From contig JAUCBJ010001720.1 of assembly GCA_032718475.1 (NCBI GenBank), positions 69,533 to 133,532 on the forward strand: a stretch of DNA of 64,000 bases, given 5' to 3'. Source of the stretch: Nemertoderma westbladi. Its lineage: Eukaryota > Animalia > Xenacoelomorpha. Every line of letters begins with the position of its first letter. The first letter of the stretch is position 1. The notes beneath the pieces are model-generated. The model did no database searches, was not told the DNA's origin, and was given only the letters and a program-made list of their open reading frames with translations. Positions 11,793 through 24,100 of the stretch are shown in pieces. The translations under genes and the position numbers were made by a program.

Positions 11793-12012
11793 CGGCGCAG
11801 TGGCGAAGTTGGTAGAGCGTTGGACTTGGAATCTCTAGGTACCGAGTTCAATTCCACTTTCCGGTGAATTATTTTGCCAGTAAGATTGCGTAGTAAGCCA
11901 TCCAAAGGAGACAGTTCATGTGTTAGTAGACGCGGACCTTTGAGCGATTTCGCGCTTGCTTATTTATAAACTTGCTTCACTCGTGGGTTTACCCTTATCA
12001 GGGCACTAAAAG
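11793..12012 (+). mobile_element. tRNA-derived SINE-like element in a Tudor intron
   Basis: A-box TGGCGAAGTTGG and B-box-like GAGTTCAATTCC in a tRNA-like head with poor cloverleaf pairing, followed by a roughly 140-nt body ending GGGCACTAAAA. Confidence 0.55.
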
Positions 12013-12253
12013 TGCTTCTTTCTCAAAAATATAAGTTTGTCAATTTTTCTACTTACATTAACTTTTTGATATTCTAGAAAAATGTGAAAATTGATTTCAA
12101 ATAAAAGAAGTTTAATCTACTTAATCTCTGACAATTTTTCTAGAACTTCAAAAATTTTGATGTAGAGAAAACTTAAAAATAGTTTGTAGTTCTAATTTAA
12201 TTATAAAGTTACATCTTTTCAATACAACAGTAATTAGCCATCCGCATACAAAC

Positions 12254-15200
12254 CTTTCGTTTTAAAACACCTGCATGTTCCTCAACTAGTTTGACTGCGA
12301 CATCCCATTGAGATATTTTACCAACGTCATCTCCTTCGGGGATTACAGCCAAGGTCACGGATGTCGTACCGTCCGCATCACAATCCATCGGGGCAGCTTC
12401 TAGCAGGAGACCCGCCAACATACCCTCAAACTCCTCGCTCAACTCAGCGGACCAGCTCTCCCCGCCAGCAACCTCCACCCCAGCGAGGGAACAGTTGACG
12501 CAGAACCGCGGCGAAACCGCAAACTCCGCTAATAACGGACGTAACTGACTAACTGGCGTTGTCTGCTCGTTGCCGAAGTCTATAAATCGCACCACAACGG
12601 AGTCATCAACCGGCGCGCTAACAATCTCAGCACGATAGTAGGTGCCATCATCCTCGAACATTACAGCGCAAAGTTTGCCCGGCACTGGTACGACCACGCT
12701 GCCACTCACATGCTCAGAGTATTTGCTTGTCATTTGATCTTTTAATATATCGAGCGTCTGTAATTCATCATCTACAATCTGAATATAAAAGTCATCGGGG
12801 GAATTAACGTGAATAATCTGTGATTGACAGGTGGAGTTGAATTCACGTTTGGCGATTCCGTCATCGACTGTTATATCAACTTTACGAGCGAGATTTTCAT
12901 TGGCTAGAACTTCAGCCACATTCTCTCCTTTAGAGTTCACCATAGTTACACCGAGTTTTACGAGTCCCCATTCAGTGCGGCCGACTTCGTAAACTGTCGC
13001 CCTAAGTTCCTCCTCTCCTAAAACCTCCAACAAACGAGCTAAAATATCTTCCGACCATTCGGAGACCTCCTCGGGGGAATCAACTGGCTCAACGGCGTCA
13101 ACAAACTTATCGTCATCTTCATTGCCGGTGTCGTCTACAACGGCGGTGGTCCCGTCATCAGCAGTTAGAGTGTCGTCTTTAGTGGCGGTTGATTCATCAC
13201 CGACAGCATCTTTTACGTCCACAGTTTGCTCCCCATCTTTGGCTGGAGACAAATTCTCTTTAGCATCAACAAAGGCTGCCTCCTCTTCCGAGTCCACATT
13301 TTCACTAAACTTCGCTCCAATGGACTCCAATCCTAGAAGTTTTAAGCAGAATGCGTGTGGTGATGTCTGGGACAAATCGCCTTCTAAACTGCGAATATCT
13401 TTGAGCGGAACATGATCCGTGCTCCCATAGTCAACATGGAACACATCCATGGCACCATCGACTGGAGGTCGCAGTTTAACTCTATACCAACCTTCGTCAG
13501 CTGCGTACTTGGCCGCATATAATTTATCAGCCTCCACTTCGGATGGAGGAGACTTTTCGGCACAAGCGACTTCTACTTCAGCCATCATGTTGTCTATACG
13601 ATCCAGCGAATCCTTGAGTTGAACCCATATCTCCGATGGACTGTTGCAAAGACTAACCAAAACAGATACGGTATCAAATCGTTTGATATCTTCCACTTCT
13701 TTTTGGGGAGCTACTGTCACTTCATCCACAACCTCGGAAACAACAGGAACAATTTCCTCAACTACTTCATCCAAGGCAACTTCTGCGTCCAATTCATTCA
13801 ATAAGTGAAGTCCTGCCAAATTTATTAAATATGCCAAATCGAAACCATCAACTTCTATACTCACCTCGTAACAGTCCTGACTCTTTACATTGGTTTCATT
13901 GGGAATTTTGCCAACAATTCTACAACTCAGTTCTTTATCAGTAACAATTTTATCTAGAGTTTCATTCCAATCAAGGGCTTCAGGGACTTTCACCCCAATG
14001 AGTTTGCACATAACGGTTTGGGATGGCAGTGAGAATATACGATTACTTGCCGTGTACAACCGATCGCGAGGCAGTAACTCCGAGTTACCGTAGTCGAAAT
14101 AGCGAACAAGGACATCGCCCTTGGGAGAAACTTCCTCTACACTCGCTCTGTAATAAACATCATCTTCGGTAAATTGACCGATAGCAACAGTATTGACGGA
14201 GGGTTCGATTAGCTTCTCACTGTCAGCTGCGTAGATGGCCTCGATATCGTTAGTGTAGAGTAAGTTGAGGGGATCGGCAAGCGCGAGCAATTGGCAGAAG
14301 TAGGTATCCACGGACTCCTTGTGAGTGATATCTATGGAGACTGTCTCACCTGGTCTCAAAACAACACCTCTGAAACCGGGAGGACCCCAATCCGCTACTT
14401 TCTTACCAACCATAGATTCGGCAACATCTACACCATCTACAATCAGTCTTACTAAAGGTGTTTCTTTAGAATTGGTTACGTTGCAGATTAAATCAGCGTT
14501 CGCAATAATTTCGTTGAGTTCGTCAGTGGCCTCAGCGGACCACTCGTTATTTCCATTGGGGACGACACCTTCGAGGGCTACTCTCAATGTGAACCATGTA
14601 TCGACAGATAGTTCGGCAGGGAGAGGCTTTATTTTATTCAAATCCGAAACGGATTCCGAATTTCCGTAATCCCTAAAGCGAACCACAAGCTCTCCATCGT
14701 CATTGAGAGATTCGATAAAAGATCTGTACCACATTTGATCTTCTGAGAACTGACATAAACAATACTGACTACGGACATCCGCATTGCTAACAACAACACG
14801 TTCCAAATTAGCCTCATTACCCTTATTATCAACTATCCCATGCCCAAATTCCACAAGATATTCTCCTTCGCTGGGAATAGAAGAAACAACACCAAGTTTC
14901 CAGTTTTGGTTAACCATCGCGTAGACAGTGGAACCTACAGAATGTGCATCAAGCGATATGACGTCGGCTATCCCCTTGTCTTGAACGACACTAGCTAGTT
15001 GGTTGAGTTCATCTTCCTGGTCGGCGCGAAGCAAGTATATCTCGGATGGACTCTCGACGTGCGAAACAAAAACTTTAAAGGAATCTCCGAACGCCAGTGG
15101 TCTGTCGAAAGGATGATTACAAGGATTGAGGGCAGCAAGAGAGGCATTCACGCCAACACCACCCGCTTCCATAGTAACGGCTAATTGATCACCATGTCGA

Positions 15201-17502
15201 TATTTTACAGTCATTGTGACGTCATCAATACTCGTTAAATCCGTTAGGGAGTCTTTAACTGCTTCTAAACCAGCGTCAACTAAACCATATAGTTGGCACT
15301 CCAAGCCTTGAATAGGTAAGGACATAAATTGTTTATTTGTCTCTCTTAAGGCCTCAATAGTCGAGTTTTCTGAGTTACCATAATCTACAAAATTAACTGT
15401 TAGTTGATCAGTGTCCGTAATGATCCCTCGGTACCAGGCGCCATCTTCCGAGAATTTTGACAAACAGGGTTGACCTCGGACTGCGTTTGTGAGCAATGCG
15501 GGAGGGTTACTCCCACTGCAAACAGCCTCAATGACTTCGTACACTTTATTCAAGTCATCCTGATTCTTTGATAATTGCAGGAAGAAACTCTCAAGCGAGT
15601 TTATATGAGTTATAATACACGATTCCTTATCAGTAAACGTATTAAAGTCTATTTGTTTATAAGCAAATGGAACCGGTTCCTCTATATAGCGCTTGGCGTG
15701 GCTGGACTCTATCAATTTAGAAGCGACCATTTCTGAATCTTTCGCCAAAATCAAGTCGATATCAAAAACGCCTTCTTCGGACTTCGACAGGAACACGGCA
15801 TTCAGTTCATCGGAGAGAGTTAGTCGCTGGAACAATTTGTTACATTCAGCAGAATATTTGTCGTCTGTGTGAGTGACACCATGGAGTTTACATTCCACCC
15901 CAAAGAGCGGTTTCTTCATAAATTCATCCTTTGTAGCTCGGAGGTTGGCTATAGGCAACTCTTCGTCGTTGCCAAAATCTACAAATTTGACAAGAGCGGT
16001 TTTATTGGGATTGACTTTGAGGATGAGACCTCGATACCAAACCTTGTCGATCTGATACAGAGCCAGACACGGTTGGTCAGCGGCGCAGTTAATCACCGGC
16101 GTGGCGTTGCGCGCGAAAACGTGAATCTCGCCCATAAACCGCTCCAAGGCCGACCGATTGGACTTGATGTTGAGAGTAAATCGATCTGGGGTGATAGCCC
16201 AGGCCATATCAACAGGATGTCTAGACTCCGTATGGATGGAAATATCGGGGGCTTTGTACGAGGTGATAGTAAGGGGAGGAGGGGCGGGCGGTCCTTTAGG
16301 AGGCGAGGGCGGTCCGCCGAATCCGAATCCAGTCGACGGAGCGGAATCCTTCGAGGAGGAAGAAGCGGGTTTACCTGTCGTTGGACCGGAAGATCCGCCC
16401 CAATCGTCGCCGCTGAACCCGGACGAGCGATTACCCTGGTAACTGGAATCCCGCGGAGGTCTCGAAGATCCCCGAACCCACCGAATCCTTTTGAGTCACC
16501 GAATCCTTTTGAGTCACCGAAGCCAACTGATTTTTTCTCCCTGGTGTCCTCCGATTGTTGTCTACCGAATCCACCGCCGCTGCCTTCTCTCCTGTCTCTC
16601 GAGAACGACTTCCCTCCACCTGCATCTCGTCTTGAATCGCGCCCTGAATCTCGTCCGAAAGACTGGCCAGTTTCTCCCCTGGGTGGCGTTGCAGAATCTC
16701 GCCCCATAGATGGCGCTCCGGAATCTCTTCCCCTCGGAGGTGTCCGGGATTCCTTCGGACCCGGAGGTTCCCCGTACCTCGGAGGTCGCTGCTCCCCAGT
16801 CGACGCACCGAACCCTCCGTCCCGACTCCTACCGCCGGAGGGCGCCCCTCCGCTAGGCCCCTCTTGGCGCCCGGAATCCCGCGGCGGTCCAGTGGGGGGC
16901 GTAACGACCGGCTCCCGGTGTCCGTTCTGCTCGTCCACGGGAACCAGGGCCTCTTTGGGTGTCGGCGTCAGCGGTTTCTGCATTTCTTTAAAGATGTGCA
17001 GGTCTCTAGGTTGGTTGGTATCTATAAGGTCTATCACGTACTTAGTTTCTCTGGTTGAAGGATCGACTTCCTGCGAGGAGACACAAGCGATGAGGGTTTT
17101 ATCGCAAGTGAGTTCGTAGAATCGGTTGATATGATCGTCGGTCCATCCGCCATCCGGAATGGGAAGCTTCTCCAAGGAACATGGGAAGGCCAATGAGGGC
17201 AGTTTGAGGAACTCAACTTTAAGTTCCTTTAGGTGATGGAACTCTGCGATGCAAGAGTTCCCGTAGTCGACAAACTGGACGATGACGCCCTTGTCTGTTA
17301 GTTGGGCTACCCGAGCACGGTACCACTGGTCGTCCTCGGTAAACAAGGCCGCCACCGGTCGTCCCGGGATCAACGAACTCGGGAAGACCCCGTGGCCAGC
17401 CGCCCCGTAGTACGCCGCTAGTTTGGCTTGGAGAACGTCCAGTCGTTCCATGTGGTCGCTATGGATACAGTAGAAACAATCCGGGGTCTCTGTGTGGCAC
17501 AC
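12254..17502 (-). CDS. Giant multi-Tudor protein, 5.25-kb exon (7 extended Tudor domains, RG/FG-rich linker) with an apparent 1-nt frameshift at about 16470
   Basis: ATAG|GTG acceptor at 17502 and AAG|GTTTGT donor at 12254, both phase 0, but length 5249 is not a multiple of 3. Repeated (W/Y)YR...(F/Y).D(Y/F)GN cores. ORFs 16093-17502 and 12209-16207 join cleanly if one G is added to a G4 run. Confidence 0.88.
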
Positions 17503-17650
17503 CTATGGGAGTAAGTTTTTTGCAATAAACAATTAGCACAGACCATTCCACTATACTGTAATCAAGAAAGCAGATGTGAGATCAAACACGGGACCTCCAT
17601 GTTGGAAGTTTGGACGCTGGAAGTTGGAAGTCTAGGTCTACCTTTTACCT

Positions 17651-17720
17651 GAGCCGCTAGCGGAATGGTTAGAGCGCCGGACTTCCAAGCTGGAGGTCGC
17701 AAGTTCGATCCCACCTGGAT
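17651..17720 (+). mobile_element. tRNA-like SINE head or pseudo-tRNA, with an inverted related copy at about 17577-17618
   Basis: A-box TAGCGGAATGG, B-box GTTCGATCCC; acceptor and anticodon stems imperfect. Confidence 0.45.
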
Positions 17721-17850
17721 GTCAATAACGACTTTACAAAGCTGTTATTATAACATAATAACATGAATAACATATAATAACATGAATCCACTCACTCACT
17801 CATAATAATAATAATAATAATAATAAGGGGTTTAAATTTAATAAACTAAC

Positions 17851-18054
17851 CATAACATCTAAGAATTTTCCTAATGCAACTTCAACTAGGTTATAACTGT
17901 CTAACGGTGAAGGAACCTGTTGACGCACCGGCGGTGCGGTTGGCTGTGGTGAAGGGACGGGGGATGCGCGGTTACCGCTGATCTGTACACGCAACGGTGC
18001 CGACGCAAAGTCCGTGTTAATTACTGCACCGGTGGTTGTATCTTTTAGGGTCAC
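17851..18054 (-). CDS. Multi-Tudor gene exon
   Basis: TCAG|GTG acceptor, ATG|GTTAGT donor, 204 nt, phase 0/0; VTLKDTTTG...VALGKFLDVM joins VCHTETPDCFY of the next exon. Confidence 0.85.
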
Positions 18055-18183
18055 CTGATGGAGAATAACATATTATGCTAAAGAACTATTAATCGACGAG
18101 AGGTGAATGAATACATAAATGCTTGATGTAATTAAATATTAATTGTACTAAAGCATAATCAAATAAAAGCTATATAAATTAAA

Positions 18184-21100
18184 TCAATGGCGCCGACCCA
18201 CATACAAAACTCAACTAATTAATTAACTCAATGGTGGGAGGCCGACCCACATACAAAACTCAACTAATTAATTAACTCAATGGTGGGAGGCCGACCCACA
18301 TACAAAACTCAACTAATTAATTAACTCAATGGTGGGAGGCCGACCCACATACAAAACTCAACTAATTAATTAACTCAATGGTGGGAGGCCGACCCACATA
18401 CAAAACTCAACTAATTAATTAACTCAATGGAGGGAGGCCGACCCACATACAAAACTCAACTAATTAATTAACTCAATGGTGGGAGGCCGACCCACATACA
18501 AAACTCAACTAATTAATTAACTCAATGGTGGGAGGCCGACCCACATACAAAACTCAACTAATTAATTAACTCAATGGTGGGAGGCCGACCCACATACAAA
18601 ACTCAACTAATTAATTAACTCAATGGTGGGAGGCCAACCCACATACAAAACTCAACTAATTAATTAACTCAATGGTGGGAGGCCAACCCACATACAAAAC
18701 TCAACTAATTAATTAACTCAATGGTGGGAGGCCGACCCACATACAAAACTCAACTAATTAATTAACTCAATGGTGGGAGGCCAACCCACATACAAAACTC
18801 AACTAATTAATTAACTCAATGGTGGGAGGCCAACCCACATACAAAACTCAACTAATTAATTAACTCAATGGTGGGAGGCCAACCCACATACAAAACTCAA
18901 CTAATTAATTAACTCAATGGTGGGAGGCCAACCCACATACAAAACTCAACTAATTAATTAACTCAATGGTGGGAGGCCGACCCACATACAAAACTCAACT
19001 AATTAATTAACTCAATGGTGGGAAGCCGACCCACATACAAAACTCAACTAATTAATTAACTCAATGGTGGGAGGCCGACCCACATACAAAACTCAATTAA
19101 TTAATTAACTCAATGGTGGGAGGCCGACCCACATACAAAACTCAACTAATTAATTAACTCAATGGTGGGAGGCCAACCCACATACAAAACTCAACTAATT
19201 AATTAACTCAATGGTGGGAGGCCGACCCACATACAAAACTCAACTAATTAATTAACTCAATGGTGGGAGGCCAACCCACATACAAAACTCAACTAATTAA
19301 TTAACTCAATGGTGGGAGGCCGACCCACATACAAAACTCAACTAATTAATTAACTCAATGGTGGGAGGCCGACCCACATACAAAACTCAACTAATTAATT
19401 AACTCAATGGTGGGAGGCCGACCCACATACAAAACTCAACTAATTAATTAACTCAATGGTGGGAGGCCGACCCACATACAAAACTCAACTATAATTAATT
19501 AACTCAATGGTGGGAGGCCAACCCACATACAAAACTCAACTAATTAATTAACTCAATGGTGGGAGGCCGACCCACATACAAAACTCAACTAATTAATTAA
19601 CTCAATGGTGGGAGGCCAACCCACATACAAAACTCAACTAATTAATTAACTCAATGGTGGGAGGCCGACCCACATACAAAACTCAACTAATTAATTAACT
19701 CAATGGTGGGAGGCCAACCCACATACAAAACTCAACTAATTAATTAACTCAATGGTGGGAGGCCAACCCACATATAAAACTTAACTAATTAATTAACTCA
19801 ATGGTGGGAGGCCGACCCACATACAAAACTCAACTAATTAATTAACTCAATGGTGGGAGGCCGACCCACATACAAAACTCAACTAATTAATTAACTCAAT
19901 GGTGGGAGGCCGACCCACATACAAAACTCAACTAATTAATTAACTCAATGGTGGGAGGCCGACCCACATACAAAACTCAACTAATTAATTAACTCAATGG
20001 TGGGAGGCCAACCCACATACAAAACTCAACTAATTAATTAACTCAATGGTGGGAGGCCGACCCACATACAAAACTCAACTAATTAATTAACTCAATGGTG
20101 GGAGGCCGACCCACATACAAAACTCAACTAATTAATTAACTCAATGGTGGGAGGCCAACCCACATACAAAACTCAACTAATTAATTAACTCAATGGTGGG
20201 AGGCCAACCCACATACAAAACTCAACTAATTAATTAACTCAATGGTGGGAGGCCGACCCACATACAAAACTCAACTAATTAATTAACTCAATGGTGGGAG
20301 GCCAACCCACATACAAAACTCAACTAATTAATTAACTCAATGGTGGGAGGCCGACCCACATACAAAACTCAACTAATTAATTAACTCAATGGTGGGAGGC
20401 CGACCCACATACAAAACTCAACTAATTAATTAACTCAATGGTGGGAGGCCGACCCACATACAAAACTCAACTAATTAATTAACTCAATGGTGGGAGGCCG
20501 ACCCACATACAAAACTCAACTAATTAATTAACTCAATGGTGGGAGGCCGACCCACATACAAAACTCAACTAATTAATTAACTCAATGGTGGGAGGCCGAC
20601 CCACATACAAAACTCAACTAATTAATTAACTCAATGGTGGTAGGCCGACCCACATACAAAACTCAACTAATTAATTAACTCAATGGTGGGAGGCCGACCC
20701 ACATACAAAACTCAACTAATTAATTAACTCAATGGTGGGAGGCCGACCCACATACAAAACTCAACTAATTAATTAACTCAATGGTGGGAGGCCGACCCAC
20801 ATACAAAACTCAACTAATTAATTAACTCAATGGTGGGAGGCCGACCCACATACAAAACTCAACTAATTAATTAACTCAATGGTGGGAAATTAACTCAATG
20901 GTGGGAGGCCGACCCACATACAAAACTCAACTAATTAATTAACTCAATGGTGGGAGGCCGACCCACATACAAAACTCAACTAATTAATTAACTCAATGGT
21001 GGGAGGCCGACCCACATACAAAACTCAACTAATTAATTAACTCAATGGTGGGAGGCCGACCCACATACAAAACTCAACTAATTAATTAACTCAATGGTGG

Positions 21101-24100
21101 GAGGCCGACCCACATACAAAACTCAAATAATTAATTAACTCAATGGTGGGAGGCCGACCCACATACAAAACTCAACTAATTAATTAACTCAATGGTGGGA
21201 GGCCGACCCACATACAAAACTCAACTAATTAATTAACTCAATGGCGGGAGGCCGACCCACATACAAAACTCAACTAAATAATTAACTCAATGGTGGGAGG
21301 CCGACCCACATACAAAACTCAACTAATTAATTAACTCAATGGTGGGAGGCCGACCCACATGCACATACAAAACTCAACTAATTAATTAACTCAATGGTGG
21401 GAGGCCGACCCACATACAAAACTCAACTAATTAATTAACTCAATGGTGGGAGGCCGACCCACATACAAAACTCAACTAATTAATTAACTCAATGGTGGGA
21501 GGCCGACCCACATACAAAACTCAACTAATTAATTAACTCAATGGTGGGAGGCCGACCCACATACAAAACTCAACTAATTAATTAACTCAATGGTGGGAGG
21601 CCAACCCACATACAAAACTCAACTAATTAATTAACTCAATGGTGGGAGGCCGACCCACATACAAAACTCAACTAATTAATTAACTCAATGGTGGGAGGCC
21701 GACCCACATACAAAACTCAACTAATTAATTAACTCAATGGTGGGAGGCCGACCCACATACAAAACTCAACTAATTAATTAACTCAATGGTGGGAGGCCGA
21801 CCCACATACAAAACTCAACTAATTAATTAACTCAATGGTGGGAGGCCGACGCACATACAAAACTCAACTAATTAATTAACTCAATGGTGGGAGGCCGACC
21901 CACATACAAAACTCAACTAATTAATTAACTCAATGGTGGGAGGCCGACCCACATACAAAACTCAACTAATTAATTAACTCACTGGTGGGAGGCCGACCCA
22001 CATACAAAACTCAACTAATTAATTAACTCAATGGTGGGAGGCCGACCCACATACAAAACTCAACTAATTAATTAACTCAATGGTGGGAGGCCGACCCACA
22101 TACAAAACTCAACTAATTAATTAACTCAATGGTGGGAGGCCGACCCACATACAAAACTCAACTAATTAATTAACTCAATGGTGGGAGGCCGACCCACATA
22201 CAAAACTCAACTAATTAATTAACTCAATGGTGGGAGGCCGACCCACATACAAAACTCAACTAATTAATTAACTCAATGGTGGGAGGCCAACCCACATACA
22301 AAACTCAACTAATTAATTAACTCAATGGCGGGAGGCCGACCCACATACAAAACTCAACTAATTAATTAACTCAATGGTGGGAGGCCGACCCACATACAAA
22401 ACTCAACTAATTAATTAACTCAATGGTGGGAGGCCGACCCACATACAAAACTCAACTAATTAATTAACTCAATGGTGGAGGCCGACCCACATACAAAACT
22501 CAACTAATTAATTAACTCAATGGTGGGAGGCCGACCCACATACAAAACTCAACTAATTAATTAACTCAATGGTGGGAGGCCGACCCACATACAAAACTCA
22601 ACTAATTAATTAACTCAATGGTGGGAGGCCGACCCACATACAAAACTCAACTAATTAATTAACTCAATGGTGGGAGGCCAACCCACATACAAAACTCAAC
22701 TAATTAATTAACTCAATGGCGGGAGGCCGACCCACATACAAAACTCAACTAATTAATGAACTCAATGGTGGGAGGCCGACCCACATACAAAACTCAACTA
22801 ATTAATTAACTCAATGGCGGGAGGCCGACCCACATACAAAACTCAACTAATTAATTAACTCAATGGTGGGAGGCCGACCCACATACAAAACTCAACTAAG
22901 TAATTAACTCAATGGTGGGAGGCCGACCCACATACAAAACTCAACTAATTAATTAACTCAATGGTGGAGGCCGACCCACATACAAAACTCAACTAATTAA
23001 TTAACTCAATGGTGGGAGGCCGACCCACATACAAAACTCAACTAATTAATTAACTCAATGGTGGGAGGCCGACCCACATACAAAACTCAACTAATTAATT
23101 AACTCAATGGTGGGAGGCCGACCCACATACAAAACTCAACTAATTAATTAACTCAATGGTGGGAGGCCAACCCACATACAAAACTCAACTAATTAATTAA
23201 CTCAATGGCGGGAGGCCGACCCACATACAAAACTCAACTAATTAATGAACTCAATGGTGGGAGGCCGACCCACATACAAAACTCAACTAATTAATTAACT
23301 CAATGGTGGGAGGCCGACCCACATACAAAACTCAACTAATTAATTAACTCAATGGTGGGAGGCCGACCCACATACAAAACTCAACTAATTAATTAACTCA
23401 ATGGTGGGAGGCCGACCCACATACAAAACTCAACTAATTAATTAACTCAATGGTGGGAGGCCGACCCACATACAAAACTCAACTAATTAATTAACTCAAT
23501 GGTGGGAGGCCGACCCACATACAAAACTCAACTAATTAATTAACTCAATGGTGGGAGGCCGACCCACATACAAAACTCAACTAATTAATTAACTCAATGG
23601 TGGGAGGCCAACCCACATACAAAACTCAACTAATTAATTAACTCAATGGCGGGAGGCCGACCCACATACAAAACTCAACTAATTAATTAACTCAATGGTG
23701 GGAGGCCGACCCACATACAAAACTCAACTAATTAATTAACTCAATGGTGGGAGGCCGACCCACATACAAAACTCAACTAATTAATTAACTCAATGGTGGG
23801 AGGCCGACCCACATACAAAACTCAACTAATTAATTAACTCAATGGTGGGAGGCCGACCCACATACAAAACTCAACTAATTAATTAACTCAATGGTGGGAG
23901 GCCAACCCACATACAAAACTCAACTAATTAATTAACTCAATGGTGGGAGGCCGACCCACATACAAAACTCAACTAATTAATTAACTCAATGGTGGGAAAT
24001 TAACTCAATGGTGGGAGGCCGACCCACATACAAAACTCAACTAATTAATTAACTCAATGGTGGGAGGCCGACCCACATACAAAACTCAACTAATTAATTA

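Noticed and set aside
11793-11870. Functional tRNA gene
   Set aside because: A and B boxes are present but the acceptor and anticodon stems pair poorly; treated as SINE-like.
16455-16480. 17-nt GT-AG micro-intron that would restore the Tudor frame
   Set aside because: Far below the other intron sizes here (shortest about 95 nt) and lacks a pyrimidine tract; a 1-nt indel is simpler.
15869-17119. 416-aa + strand ORF
   Set aside because: Antisense shadow of the GC-rich Tudor exon; no independent homology seen.
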